From the human T2T-CHM13v2.0 reference genome, Homo sapiens, in NCBI RefSeq assembly GCF_009914755.1, contig NC_060938.1: DNA of 64,000 nucleotides. One strand, written 5' to 3'. Below the pieces are notes generated by a model that was given only the letters and a program-made list of their open reading frames with translations, did no database searches and was not told the origin of the DNA. Numbering within the stretch: the stretch's first letter is position 1; the number at the start of each line of letters is the position of its first letter. Position numbers and translations under genes: made by a program. This document shows, one piece after another, positions 1-15,024 of the stretch.

Positions 1-581
1 CCCTTTCAGTGCAGCATCTCTGAAAGCTAAAAATGAAGAAGAGTGAAATATCTCTGAATACAAGCCAAAGAGTTATTCATTTCAATGTCTGTTGGGAGGA
101 TTTGTAATGGACTGAAGGCCAGGGACCAAGTCAACCCAAGAGGCCATTTCCTAACACCTCATATTGACTACTCATCATCTTCTTATACCAATTCCCACAT
201 CTGTCTTGTACCTTCCTTTTTCTCTTCTTCTGTCTTTGTGTTTTTCTCTATTGATCTGTTATCATGCTCTATTCTTTTTTCTCTCTCCTTTTCTCTTTTC
301 TTCCATTTCTTTGGCCCTTAGCACTTCTTTTTTTCTATCCTTCATTCTTTTTACTACTTTTCACATAATATAGAATTAAGTCTAGATGTTGTATTCATCA
401 TGTTTTAGTGTCCTACTCTTCTGAAAATTGGAGCAAACGAAAAGGTTTGCCCATGTCTGAAAAATTAAGCAGTTTTTCATGTGGCCCATGATGCTTTTCT
501 TTACAGTCAATGGGCACTTTATGAGGAAGCACAAATACAAAGCTGCTTTTCATTCAGGGCCCCAAGAAAGTCAAGACTAGT

Positions 582-961
582 TGTATTAGTCCATTCTCAT
601 GCTGCTAATAAACATGTACTAGAGACAGGGTAATTTAGAAAGTAAAGAGATTTAATAGACTCATAGTTCCTCAGGACTGGGGAGGATTCTGGAAACTTAC
701 TATCATGACAAAAGGGGAAGCAAACACTTCCTTCTTCACATGGTGGCAGGAAGGGGAAGTGCTGAGCAAAAGGGGAAAAGCCCCTTACAAAACCATCAGA
801 TCTCATGAAAACGTACTCACTGTCACAAGAAGAGTAGCATGGGGGTAACAACGCCCATGATTCAATTACCTCCAACCAGGTCACTTCCACAACACCTGGG
901 GATTGTGGGAACTACAATTCAAGATGAGATTTGGATGGGGACACAGAGCCAAACCATATCA
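582..961 (-). mobile_element. THE1 (C/D-like) MaLR solo LTR
   Basis: The reverse complement starts TGATATGGTTTGGCTCTGTGTCCCC, the THE1 5' end. TG...CA termini, about 380 bp, flanked by a near-perfect 5-bp TSD ctagt/ctaat. Confidence 0.9.
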
Positions 962-1735
962 CTAATCTTAGTCTCAATTTTCCCGTCATCAGAATATTGT
1001 CAGCACTTACTTTAATACCCCATGCGTTCATGTCCCTTTTGTAATTCACTCTTTCTAAAGAACATTCTTCTCTTTGGCTACACAGCTTATCTTTCCATCT
1101 TTTTTTTTTTTAAGTATAACTTATGTAAAAACTTTAAGGCTTCTGTGTCTTTTCTACATTTTCACTGGCTCTCTGAGGGGTCATCTCAGGTGCCAACGAA
1201 GGCAGTCTTCAGTCTGGATTCCTTTCAAGGATGTGAAATTATCTCTTCAAAATACATTAGGTAATGTCTGCCTACTTTGGATTTTGTGACGGCTTGAAAC
1301 AATGCAGTCCACATTTTAACTGACAAGTTTAGAGGTGTCAGTGGTATTTGAGCTTTCTGTGCCTCAAAAACTCACCATCTCACACTGTTCATTGTCACCA
1401 GATCTAATTGTGTCTCAGGTGACTTCATAATGTTCTCAAGGCCAGGTGCTGAGGCAGGAGGAAAGGACACACCCCAGAGGCAGGACTGTGAGTTTGAAGT
1501 CACCGCCAGCGTCTGCCCATTGCACTGTGCCCAGGACTCCTGTTTCCATGGACTGGGCTGGACCATGCTGTAGCCCTGGGCGCTGCCTGCACCTGAGAAT
1601 TATCCAAAGCACTTGCAAAATGTGTGAATCCCTTGCCCTTAGCCTAAGGAATTTCAATTTATAAATTATTTCTGCCTGTGGGTCTCGAACATGGATAATT
1701 TTAAAATCTTCTTAAGAAATGCTGATGTGCAACCA

Positions 1736-1924
1736 GGGTTAAGGACCACAGAGCGAGAATGCCCAGAAGGCTTGGCGGAACTCAGATCCTTGGGCCCTGG
1801 GTTAAGGACCACAGAGCGAGAATGCCCAGAAGGCTTGGCGGAACTCAGATCCCTGGACCCTGGGTTAAGGGCCACTGAGGGAGAATGCCCAGAAGGCTTG
1901 GTGGAACTCAGATCCCTGGACTCT
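1736..1924. repeat. 63-bp tandem repeat, 3 copies
   Basis: The unit gggttaaggaccacagagcgagaatgcccagaaggcttggcggaactcagatcc(c/t)tgg(a/g)ccct starts at 1736, 1799 and 1862. Confidence 0.95.
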
Positions 1925-2153
1925 GGACCATCATAGCAGTCACAGATCCAGGATGAGGCCACAGATGAATCCCCAGCTGAGGTGATGCTGCTGGCCTGGG
2001 ACCACACATCGAGGACCACTCAGCTAGAAGATGCTTAGCACTTCTCTGCCTCTTTTTAAAATTCCTTCTTCTGGGAAGAGAGACTGATCTTACTATTGAG
2101 TGTGGGAGAAGAAACAACATGATTAGCAGAATGCCATCCCCTCTCTCTTTTCA

Positions 2154-2261
2154 AATGTGTGAGCCTGGAGAGAGTTCTCTTCAATGTGTGAGCCTGGAGA
2201 GAGTTCTCTTCAATGTGTGAGCCTGGAGAGAGTTCTCTTCAATGTGTGAGCCTGGAGAGAG
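2154..2261. repeat. 29-bp tandem repeat, about 3.7 copies
   Basis: aatgtgtgagcctggagagagttctcttc repeats with period 29 (gagcc at 2161, 2190, 2219, 2248). Confidence 0.95.
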
Positions 2262-4073
2262 GATGCTTTTTTATCCACTGTGAGGATGGCTTTTCAGGGC
2301 AAGCTCTGTCTGCATGTGCGGGGGGACAACCTCCAATTTTGTTCTGTTTTCCTTTGTTTTGTTTTGCTTTGCTCTTCTTTGCTTTGAGAAGCCTTAGCAT
2401 AGACCTAGGGGAAGTATTAGACCATAGAGCTAAAGTCATCTTCTTTGGCATGATTAGAATTTTCAAAATACATAACAAATATTTTAAAATTTTGATCTCC
2501 ATTTATCTGTCTTCTGGGTACTCTCTCAATATATTGTGAATGCGAGATGGAAAAAATTAGTGTTACATGTCAGCTTTCTAAAACCCCAACATAATCCTAT
2601 CTCTTTTCAAATGGTTTCACTTCTTGGCCCTTTGAAAGCAATATAAACAATTTCACTGACTTAGTAAGCAGGGCTCTAAGAACTGAAGAGAAAACACGCC
2701 AATGCTGGATGGCATCAATTCTTTGAAAGAGGAAGGAGGCAAATAGACATGACACATCCACAATAAACAGTCGCTAAAATGTATGGGAATGCTCCGTGCT
2801 GCACCTCTCTGCAGGCTTTCACCTTATTTAGCTCCAATTTTCTAAGACTACTACAAAAAAATGTACAAGAGAGGCCCCCTGGACACTAGCTAGTAAGAGC
2901 ACCAAATCACACATATTTATGGAAACCTAATTAATAATAGTTGTCTCTTCAAACCCCTGCTGTGAGCCATGTATTGTCTTAACCACCTTCTGCTCTGTAT
3001 CATTCTACTAAAGCACCTGCATAAGTAGGTATTACTTAGTAAGGAAACTGGGGCATAGCTAGCTGGATTAATACCTGGCAAGAAATAGGAAGTGAAGATG
3101 GGATTTGCTCCTTGTGTGTGTGGGTGGAAAGCAAAGGCTCTTTCCGCAGTGCACTGTGTACGTAAACTTGCAGCCAAACACCATTATAAAGGCTGTGAAA
3201 GATGCAGAGAAATGCAACACTTCTTATTAGTTTCCTAATCTCAAAATGCAGGTAGCCTAGTTAAGGAGATAAAATTACATATAAGAAAAATTAAGTAACA
3301 ACACAAGATCTGAAGATTAATATAGTATCTTTGACTCCAATCTAAAAATATTCCAAAAATGGTGAAATGTTTGGGAGAATTCCAAATGCAAACAATTGGA
3401 GTGCTATAAAATGTGGTTGATCCCACAGAATCCAGTCTGCTTCAGGAAATACTTTTCCTAATTGGAGCCTCTGAGAGACTGAAATCCATTCTGCGAAGTG
3501 TATTCTAGCTCTTCCATAGTCTCCCAGTGACTCTTGCCTCAGAAGGCTCTGTTAATTTGGTTGATCGCTTCTGGTTTTTCTCTATATTTCATATATTGAT
3601 CAAATTTTGTAATACAATCTTCAGATCCACACTACCCAAAAGAAAAACACGCTTCCTGCTATCATTTTTTTTTATTTCCCTCTAAATAAGTAGGAGCATG
3701 GTACTTTGATCAATAAGAATGAAAAAAATTATTAGGGAACTTGCCATCATATTCCAGGAGAAATGGAGTATGGCATGCACCCAGCACTGACCTTCAATCA
3801 GAATGAAAGCACGTCAGAGAAAAGGAATTGTATAGAATTGCTGGGATCAAATGTAACACAAAAACATCGGAACTATAATAGGATCACGAAGCACAATCAC
3901 CACTAAAGTCCATCTCATGATTCAGCAGCAGGAGCAGGGGAGCACAGCAGAAAGAAGCATGGGTGAAGGGATCCGAGAGTCAATCCTACCTGGCAAACAG
4001 GAGTGTGATCCTGGCATCCAGTTTATATCTCAGAGTCTTTGTTCCCAGGTAGAACTGGGAGACTGAGCTAGAT

Positions 4074-4540
4074 CAGGGGTTCTTAGAAATCAGTTGAGGG
4101 GACCGTGAACTTAATGAAAGAATGAATCTTTATTTCCTATAATCTTTAACTAAAATGTATAGCACTTCCTCCAATTATGAATGTAAGTCATAACCCACAA
4201 TACTACTAACCGTACATGTGATATTGTTCCAATACAAATTACAGATATTTTCACATTAATATAATTTTTAGTTATCTCAAAATATCATTTATGATCACTA
4301 GCTCTTCAAATTTACAAAGATCATCTCAGTCACAGCTGTTTCCCTTTACTTAATGCATTGGGAAAGAAGCACATGCATAACTGCATCATAACATCCTTAA
4401 AAATGAATTCATTAGTGTTTGAGCATAATTGGCTTCCTCTATAATCAAAGGTGTGCTAGCTGACGCTTTCTGAAATGTTTTTCTTAGATGTGACTTTATC
4501 AGACTGCCTATATGGTCCCCTTAGACAGTGCCTAAGGGCC
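4074..4540 (+). mobile_element. hAT-Charlie DNA transposon (Charlie4a/MER80-like)
   Basis: Begins caggggttctta. Internal blocks (caattatgaatgta, acagatattttca, taatgcattgggaaagaagcacat, ataattggcttcctctataatc, cagactgcc) follow the Charlie4a consensus order as I recall it. Confidence 0.65.
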
Positions 4541-4797
4541 ATTTCCTTGAACATGGTGGAATTCTCAGCCTCCTGTCTCAGAAGCAGAGATGCCTAACTG
4601 GCTGGGATGCATTTCAAGGATAAGCAAGAGCAGGAGACTGGAGTAACTGCCATATGGTGGGAGGTGACAACTGGAAACAACAGTGGTATTAAATTGATCC
4701 AAATGCAGCCTCAGGGCATGTTAGTAACTAGGAAATACTAAGAGGGAACAGAGTAAGATGGAACAACTCAGATCATCAGTAAGAAATGCCTGGCCAG

Positions 4798-5049
4798 GGC
4801 CAGGTGTGGTGGCTCATGCCTGTAATCCCAGCACTTTGGGACGTCGAGGCATGTGGATCATTTGAGGTCAGGAGTTCAAGACCAGCCTGGCCAATATGGT
4901 CAAACTCCATCTCTACTAAACATACAAAAGTTGAACCCGGGAGGCAGAGGTTGCAGTGAGCTGAGATCATGCCACTGCACTCCAGCCTGGGCCACAGAGT
5001 GAGACTCCATCTCAGAAACAAAAAAGAAAGAAAAAAAGAAAACAAAAAC
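4798..5049 (+). mobile_element. AluS with internal deletion of the right-arm 5' part
   Basis: Alu left arm, then a jump from the A-rich linker directly to ttgaacccgggagg. A-rich tail and a 16-bp TSD agaaatgcctggccag/agaaatgctcggccag. Confidence 0.93.
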
Positions 5050-5539
5050 AGAAATGCTCGGCCAGCAAATGCACCAGGCAGCCAGACCGATACAGGTTCC
5101 AGAGCCGCCTACTCTGTCAAAAAGTACAACAGTGTGGTACTCCCAGCACTCATTGACAATCATTTCCTCACATTGGGCTGTTAAGTAATAGAAAGTAACA
5201 GGTGAAAAAGCACAAGAAACGCTATGGTTACACAGATTACAACTTTGGTGGAAGCGTATGTATGATGAGAACTAGAACTGCACGCTCGGTTATGTTAAAT
5301 CCGTGGCCATTGTCTAAGTGCTTATGGTAAAACCACAGTGTGCTAGAGGTATGAGCCTACTGAAATAAGACGTGTGAACTTCTCAGAAAATCTATCCCAG
5401 CTTCTGCTGGCAAAGAAAACAACTAAAAGAGCCATCTACAAAGAGATGCATGAGTTAGCTGAGGTGGCTCCTAGCAGTGAGACAGAGGTGTAGAAGGGAA
5501 TGTGTGAGTGGTGTCTCCAGCATCAAGGTGTTAGGTGAA

Positions 5540-5662
5540 AGTGCAGAGATTCTGAATCAGGGGATCTGGAGAATCAGGGGATCTGGAATGGGATCTTCAA
5601 AACCTGCATTCACTGGGCACCCCAGGCATATTAGGATGCAGGGGATCTGCAAACCACTTTGA
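5540..5662. mobile_element. MER5-family hAT fragment
   Basis: cagagattctgaatcag...aacctgcattcactgggcaccccagg resembles the MER5 core. Contains a small gaatcaggggatctgga duplication. Confidence 0.45.
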
Positions 5663-6740
5663 AAGAAACCAGCTGCGGCTCCTGGCTGAGGTATTTTGAG
5701 TCTGAAAAGCAAAGCAAAACACCATCGTTGTGAGCCCCTACATACTGCAGCTCAGCCCCAGCAGGTGCAGGACGCTGTATGTGGGTAAAAGACTAGTTAT
5801 GTGTTCAAAATACAGTGATGAAGAGGCCAATGAGAAGGTGGTTGTAAATGAAGAGATAAAGAGCATGGTGCAATAAAGGGTGATAGGATCCTCTCTCAGC
5901 CATCACACGATTTGCTTTCTTCAGCCAGCTCTGTCAAAAGTATCCCCTATTAGAAACGCTGTCCCCTTAGAGAGTAGTTTGTTGAAGGTTTCTAACAGAA
6001 AAAGACAAGGCTCGGACACTAGCAGCCCTGCAGGAAACAGTTGTATTCAAAGCAGACGTGAAAACCCTGTATCATGTGATGCACTGCCAATGCAACAGCA
6101 CCTTCAAGCACTAACTTCGATAGACCCTCAGCCTCTGGGATGACCTGGCATTTCCCTCTATCTACGTGAACTCGCTGAGGCCCCCTTTAACAATTTAGTA
6201 ACTCCTTTTGGCATGGTGCACTGGCCCAATGGACTAAGTGTCCTATTGAAGAATGCAATAGAAGCAGACAGCGAGATTGGCCTCAACAGGGTTGCAGAAA
6301 GCCCTGTCTCAGCCTGGTCATGAATTCAGGTCAACCAGTGCCACTTTTATGAAAAGAACTGTAGAAGGGAAATCCTTGGAAACAAATACACTGACAAATC
6401 AGTCCATTGTGTGACTTCTTCAGAACAAAACCTGCACTTGGAACTCAGAGAAAGGAGAAAATCACAGCCTTTCACGTAAATTATATCTGAGAAATAAAAC
6501 CTTTGAATTTGAAAGAAGGCTCACTAGATAATACCACTGGGAGGATATCAGGAATTAGTATTTTTTTGACCACATAAGTGCCAAGCTTCGAGCTATGTGC
6601 TTTGTATCCAACATCTCATCTCATCTGTTGGTAACACTACCAACAATTCAGCTCAAGGAATCACATTGTCAGAGCTGGAAGGGTCCTCAGAGATTATCAG
6701 GTCCAAACTGTTCATTTGCATGTGAAAAACCTGAGACCAT

Positions 6741-7092
<352 letters not shown>

Positions 7093-8052
7093 TTAACGTC
7101 TTTCCAATGCACCATGCAGCCTCCCACATGAGCAATCAGATATGTACGTCACTAGACCCTAAGAAAGTAAGCTCTTCATTAAGCTCTTTAAAGTTAAAAT
7201 GCATTTGTGGATATAAGCCTCAGTCCAGAAATTAATGTGAATAAGTTGTGTTTCTTATTTTTTTTAAATAGTTAGCTTGTGATTCTATTGGAATAAAGAA
7301 AAATCAATGTCAGTATTTCCTCCCTACCTTTCTAGAAGTTGTATCTAAGTTCCAGGGCACCATGGTTTGGGGGAGCACCTGGTCCTAGATGTCATCTGTT
7401 CACTTCAGCATCCAATGAGATGCTGCCATCCTCTTGGGGTGTTCCCTCATCCACACACACACACATGCCACCTATGGTCACACACTTCTGTACATGTGTT
7501 CTCTTTCTGGTTGGTGGATATCTTGACTGCTTCTATACCATAGATGGAGACACAGGATCTGGCCTTACATTTCTGTGCCACCCAACATTATGGGAGACTT
7601 CATGACTGTTTCTATGGCATTTATGCCCAGGCTCTCTGCAGCCCTCTCCCTCCACCTCCTCACCACTCTTTCCAGACAGAGGTCATCTCTGCTCTCAGAT
7701 CTCACAAAGCTTTCTCAGGATTTGCAGACAACCCAGAGCTGTGGCTGATAGACAAAAAGCAGGCCTTTCCTCTCTAGGAACCCCTACCTAACACTAGCGT
7801 GCCCTGCTCCACACAGAGGGGCTCTTCCAGTCTTGGAAACGGGAGAGAAGGAACCCTTTTCTTCTCTTTGCTTCCTGGAGTCCTCTTCTGATTCCCTAAC
7901 AGCATTGATGTTTATAATAAACTCAAGGAAGCCAGACTTTTCTAGATTTTCCACACTGTTGTATCTTGCCACTGAAGCAAGGACCACAGAATGGTCCACA
8001 GGCTTGGATTCAGCAGGCTTGGATTAGGGGGGAGCAGAAGGGCTACAAATAA

Positions 8053-8539
<487 letters not shown>

Positions 8540-11500
8540 TAAACAAATATAAGCAGCTTACCTTTAATATCAGAGAATCATTTTATTTCTCCTTCTTCTT
8601 TGCTGACCTTCCACACCCCATTCCTGTGTCTGGTGTGCCTTCCCTGAGGGCTTAGCCATTCCTGCCAGCTCAACCTTTGAAAAGCCCAAGCTGAGCGGGA
8701 AGCACCTCAGTATTGATCTGCCCAGTTATGGCCTATGGAGGCGCTGGAGGTCCTGTTAGAACAGGATGGGCTATCACTTAATTTAACTCTTACTCAATCT
8801 ACAAGAGGGTTACATTCTCAACAACTGGAAAATATTATGAACAGACTTCTGAATCCTGTGGTTTATCTGAGAATTATTATAATTATTTTAAATAAATTTA
8901 AATTTTCCATTTGTTGCCATAACAGCATTTAGAGACCTGCTAGTTTTGGGGTGTTTACTAGATCTTTGTTGATAAGCTTAATGATGAAGGGGAGCATTAG
9001 GGCTTTCTGATGATGCTTTCTAGAAATTTTCGACATACTTTAAAATATGACATTCATTTCTGCCTGAAGACCAAAGTAGGTTTTGCAGAGGCAAATTGAG
9101 AGCACGTTTAAAAGATTCATCTTGTGCCTAGGTTTAACAGCCTCCCAGGATGTCAACTGGAAGATCATGCCACTCCTGACAATGAGAAGGTAATAACGAA
9201 TTTTCAACCAACTCCACATTCATCCTGACACATCCCTTTGGCACATTTTTAAGGTGAAACTTGTGACTCCATAACGTTTTCTTTTTAGGCAAGGGCTTCT
9301 GTGGTGGTAATCATGACCTAAAGAGCCCAATTCTACAGTCTTCAGAGAGCCAGGATTCCTGCCCAAAGTTAGATAGGCAGCATTTGAAGCAAAGTTTACT
9401 TCACGCAGTTCCTACTTCTTCTGACTATTCGTTTTTTATTTATTACAGCAGATTTATCATGTGCTAGATAATTTCACATTCATGGCTTTTCTAGTGCTCA
9501 ATTTATCAAGGACAGTGGTGCCACATATTCTTGTATTTTATCGCAAGTACCATCAGGATAAGAGAGACAGGTTCTCTCCTGCAGTGACTGCCACGAAATC
9601 ATGATTCATAATGATAGATGCATCTTCCCTGGGTTCAATTTTTAATGTTTCTCTTTTTGGAATGTTTACATAACAGAAAAAAGAGGGAATTATATATGAG
9701 TCACATTCCTATCACTCATGTGTTCTTTACTGAGAGAATGAAACTAGATACCTGAAAAATAATCAGTGATTTCAACTACTCACTTAGGACATTTTTTATA
9801 AAGTTGCCCACTTTTTCATTGTCAAAGACAGGAAAAATGAAAAGAAACTGAAGTGGTCTGAAACCATGACTTTCATTTTCCTTAAGTTCAGAGAGTGAGG
9901 TGGCTGGAGATACAGCACATTGATTATCTGTGACACGATCAGTCAGAAGCAGGACCACATGAATTCTCCATCAGCAAACAAAATGACTGGCTTTCTGTGT
10001 GATTCTTCACACTGTGAATGCAGCTACTAATAACACCGATTTTACTTCAGGCAAGAGAAACAGAGCCTCTCATTTTCCCTTGAGAATAATGATTGTTTCT
10101 TAATACTTTTCTTTTTCCCCATTTCCTTACAGAGGAGTTCCCTGTGCAAGGGAAGCACATGGTAGGGTTAATGCTACATGGAACATGAACTCTGAAGACC
10201 CTCATTTTGGTTTCCATGAAGGTGGTGAAGGTTCTCCAAATAAAAGCATTTCCAATAAGGGTGAAGAGTAGAGAGCAGTGATGTTTCCAAAAAGTTTAGA
10301 ATTCCTCCTTCAAATGACTTCCTAATGAATATCAGAAGGCAATGTGTGGAGTCACAAGTCATTGGAATGGCACCCACTGTGTAATTTCAACAAAACACTT
10401 CATCCCTCTGAGCCTCTGGTGGCTCATCTGTAAATTAAGGCAAATTCTATCTTCAAATTTCTTCACTCTTTGATCAACAACTTTTATTCAACTTTGTTGA
10501 AAAGAACAAAAAAATTGCATCTCTGGTTGAATTTGGTGGCTCTTTTTCTGGTTAATATAAAACGTGACTGTCAGAATCCCATCTCTAAATCTTTGTCAAA
10601 TTCGTGTGGCCTCCTTTGTGTGCAGTTTACTAGTACAGCCCCATAATACTGGATAAGATTTTCCCTAAACTTCTGTGATTTAAATGAGATGGTGGTTGCC
10701 TGCACTCAGACTGGTAAATGGGTTGGTCCCGAGAACACTTACAGAAGCACCTTGCCTTGTTATTTGGCTTTAGCATTGTATTAAAAAGTTAGTAGATATT
10801 TGTAAGCATTCTAGAGATCATTTATTACCTATTCACTCTTTAAGTTAAATTCTTGTCTATGTAACAGTGACCTAAATTGTTCATTGAAAGTAATTTCAGT
10901 CCTGAGGTAAAAATAATCTTAATATTACCATCTTAATTACAATAATAAGGGCTCAATGACTTTAGGATCATCCAATAAGCCATACGTTTATAAAACAGAA
11001 AGAGCTCAACAGATGACATTAAGGTAGGAAACAGCCTTTCAATAGGAGAAGAAACACCCGATCTGGAGCAATCCAATGCTTGTGGGCACCTTAGTGAACA
11101 CATTTGGCCAACTCAATGCAGAAATTGCTGTTTACAACATGGCCCCAAAATATGCTTTGCATAGGGGAATGCTGACTTTACATAATATCCACTAAATAAA
11201 TGTTAGCTCTCACAGTACAACTTTCATTACACAGCCTGAGGCTCTGTTTTCCTGCTGGAGAAATTTCTACCACTGACATAGATTTGTAAATACTTCTAGT
11301 TCTTGTTTCTTGTCTGTTCTGCCTCAAGAAGAACTTACTTGTGAGAAAGATACTCAATTCTACTTCCTCACAAACATTTAAATGAGGTGCATTGTTCTGG
11401 ATTTTGTAGGGGTGGTGGTTGTTTCAGTTTAGTTTTAATTATTTCTTGTCATTTTTTGACAAGCATACTAGCCACTTAATACCAAAACCATTTTTTTCTT

Positions 11501-11754
11501 AGGCCCTTTGATGTCTCCCGCTGAAAGATTCTTTCCATTTAAAATCAAAAACCATTAAAAGTTGTATGCTAGGTAGCTTAGTACATGAAAGTACGTCCCT
11601 GCTGCTCCTCTAAGTTTTCTATCTGTAGGCTGTTAAGGAGTGGAAGGCCTGATAAAGCATGTGCATGCATGCATGGATATAGATATGCATGGGTGTACAG
11701 CTGTCATCTATATGTGCATATCTCTACATGCAGGATGTCAATTCAGATGTTAGA

Positions 11755-12055
<301 letters not shown>

Positions 12056-12589
12056 TTAAAAAGTGTTATTGTCTAAGAGATGGGATGAGATCATATATTC
12101 TTTTTATCATTAAAAACTTTTGTTTTCTAAATTTCCTATGAGGAATATTTATTTCTTTATAAACAGTATAAACAACTAGCTTTAAAAAATAGTGTGTCTA
12201 GCCTATGAAGAAAGAACAAGTAATAATCTTCATTCTACAGCAATGGTAATTTCCCCAAGATCGTTAACTCTTCCAAACCTGTTTTCCCTGGATCTCAAAT
12301 TGGAGCCTAGAGAAGGCATTTTTGCTAAAGGTTAGTTTGCCGCAAGGGCTCAGATCAATGAAATTTTTATCAGCTTGAGTTTGGCTGAAAGGCTGGTTTT
12401 GGGGGTGTGTGGGTTGGTGAGAGGGCAAAGTCTTAGCCTGTACTTATAAATAAATAAATAAATATATATATATTTACATAAATACATTACACACGTATAT
12501 ATTAACAAATATATATTATTTCTGTACAATATTTTACATATATATGTAACTTGATAAACTTTTGGTATGCATGGGAGTGGGTTACCTAA

Positions 12590-12935
12590 AAGCATATTAT
12601 ACAGAATTGTTCTCTATTAATATTGGAGTATTCTTTCTACCAGTGTGAGGTCATACTGTGCACACTGCTTTAGAGTCTCTCCTTTGTACTGTGATCACTT
12701 CCAATGACATCAAATATTTGTATAAATAACAAGTCTAAAGTTGCCTAACAGATATATCAAATTACTTATTGCATCCTTAGGTTTAATCTTTTATATAATT
12801 TCAAATTTTTCTCCATTACAAATAGCACCACCATGAGCACCCTTACATGAATACGCTTTTGTAAATATCAAAGAGATTTCCCCTAAGATCAGTCTCTGAA
12901 GTGGCACTGGTGATGAAAGGATGTGAACATGGGAT
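12590..12935 (-). mobile_element. old L1M (L1ME-like) fragment
   Basis: Degenerate antisense L1 3' sequence (ccattacaaatagcacc...catccttacatgaatac-like blocks). Confidence 0.45.
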
Positions 12936-13002
12936 TGAAATGTACAAGCCGATGTTGGGTTTCAGTTTCTCACTAATGCTAAGCCCTGAGACATTCCTCT
13001 AA

Positions 13003-13195
13003 CACAGCATAGTCATTTAGAGTCAGGCAGACCTGGGTTCAAATCCCAGTTCCAACTCCCTAGCTTGATGGCCTTTATACAACGTGGTCTCTAAACTTTA
13101 GTTCCTTCATATGGAAAATGGGGTAACGACCACCTTTCACAGCTGTTGTGGGAACTACATGAGACCATGTGCAGAAGCTTCTGAGCACAGTTCCT
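13003..13195 (+). mobile_element. MIR SINE
   Basis: gagtcaggcagacctgggttcaaatcccagttcc...aaatggggtaac...gttgtgggaactacatgag follows the MIR core. Confidence 0.8.
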
Positions 13196-13418
13196 TTACT
13201 ATACCTCAAGAGTCAAGAGCTATTTCACCAAGAATTTGCTTGAGGTGAAGGCTATAAATCTAAATGATTCAAATTTTTAAAGTTGGGGTTCTTTCCTGAC
13301 ATTTTAGTAAAACTTACCACATGTGAGTACATGTCTTCCAGGAGTAGAACAGCTCACTTTGACCTGAGAGATTGTCAATGAGGTATTCAGGCTCTGTAGT
13401 TACAAGCATAATCTTCGG

Positions 13419-13790
13419 TGTGGTCAATGGAATGGCTGACTCCAATTCATCCTGCCTTCCTCATCCTGACTCAGATTACCTATGGGTGAACGCACCTCCT
13501 CCCTCACTGACTCTGAGCTTAGCCTTCTGACTTGCTTTGGGCAATGACACATGAGCAGACTTCCAGTACACCGTGTCCAACCAGTGGCTCCCAAAGAGCT
13601 CATCAGGTGCAGCTTGCCTTCCATGCCATGAGAGGAACATGCCCCTGGGCCTGCTCTCCAATCTGGGTCTGGATATGAAAGGCACATGGAAGAGTCCTAA
13701 CTCAACCACAGGCAGCCCGCACAGCAACCTGGGAGAACAGAACGTTTGTTATTGTAAGTCACAAGATGCGGAGCCCTAGCAGGCTGACAC
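13419..13790 (+). mobile_element. MLT1 (I/J-like) MaLR LTR
   Basis: tgtggtc start, then tgacttgctttgggcaatga, ccatgccatgagaggaacatgccc and tttgttattgtaagtcac, typical of old MLT1 LTRs. Confidence 0.6.
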
Positions 13791-14838
13791 CCTGGCTGTT
13801 AAATTCCACCCACAGAGGCATGCTGGACTGCAGAACAGAACAGAGACAGTGAAGGAAAGGAAAATGCCTTTGGAGGGGGCGTATTTGTCCAGAGACATTT
13901 ACTAAAACTAGGTCCACTACAATGCCCCAGCCCTTCTTTCCCCATAATAAAGGCACGACACCACAGGGTGCTAGCCAGGACAATATACTTGAGAATCTAG
14001 AGCCAAGGTGGACAGGCTGGTAATGGAAGTCTGCCTTGTCACTGCGGTTATTTCTCTCCAGGGGTGATTTACAAGGTGATAAAAGACTTCAAGATGCAAA
14101 AAGTACTTAGGCTGTTAAAAACCAGCCTTTTATGATCCCTTGTTCCTTATAGTACATGTTTTTTCATTAATCAAATGCTTATTCTATTAGAAGTCCCAAA
14201 CCTTTAAGATGGTGGGACATTTCATTTTTATTTTCCTGAAGTGGCATTAAAATCCACATGGTCCTCAGCAGGCCACTGGTGAATTCCTCATGTTCGAACT
14301 CATTCCACCCTCTGTCTTCTCTGATCCTATCTATTTTGTATTACTCTTTTAGAAGAATTTTTTTTGTGTGTGTGTTCTTGCTGGGATAGATGCTGAACTG
14401 TTAGCCAAAAGCCTGTTTTTTTCTTCCCCTGCCTGTATTTGAAGTCTGGAGCCAGTCGCTGATGTCATTCTCAAGCCCATGTTTTTGCACTGTGGACCTC
14501 ATCTCTTCTGGCCTCTTCTGCTGGCTCTGTCTTACCATCAGTGGGAAAAATTCCATGTTCCCATTTGCTTAGCCGAGAGCAAAGCCTGTCCTTGTCCTCT
14601 CCCTTGTCTATGGTGGGTTTCATCAAGGAATCTCTTACTGTATATTTTAATGACCAAAATGATGAAAATTTGTCATTTAGATTGATATTTTCTAGTTTTT
14701 AAGACTATTCAGAGTAAATTAATGATTATTTGTAAATATCAATAGTACAATTTGTAATCATTATATAACAGCATCTCAAATCAAGTTTTAGAAATAAATG
14801 GAGTATGTATTCAGTAGATAGACAAACCGATAGAGCAC

Positions 14839-14917
14839 AGATCAACTAATAGAGATAGCATTGCCATTAAATTATAATAGATCAACTAATAGAGATAACA
14901 TTGCCATTAAATTATAA
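14839..14917. repeat. 40-bp direct tandem duplication
   Basis: agatcaactaatagagata(g/a)cattgccattaaattataa occurs twice, with atcaac at 14841 and 14881. Confidence 0.95.
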
Positions 14918-15024
14918 CTCATAAATGCTTTTAGAAAAAGTTTCCAGACAACTGCCATCTCTACCTTATTAATGCCTAGCCTGTAAAAGCAAGGAATTAA
15001 AGAATTTCTAAAGAAACGGCAGAC

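Noticed and set aside
1376-1592. Possible 217-bp minus-strand exon (ctcag|G ... G|gtgag) open in one frame
   Set aside because: The polypyrimidine tract is weak, the peptide is unrecognisable and I found no partner exons. It cannot be told from chance without RNA data.
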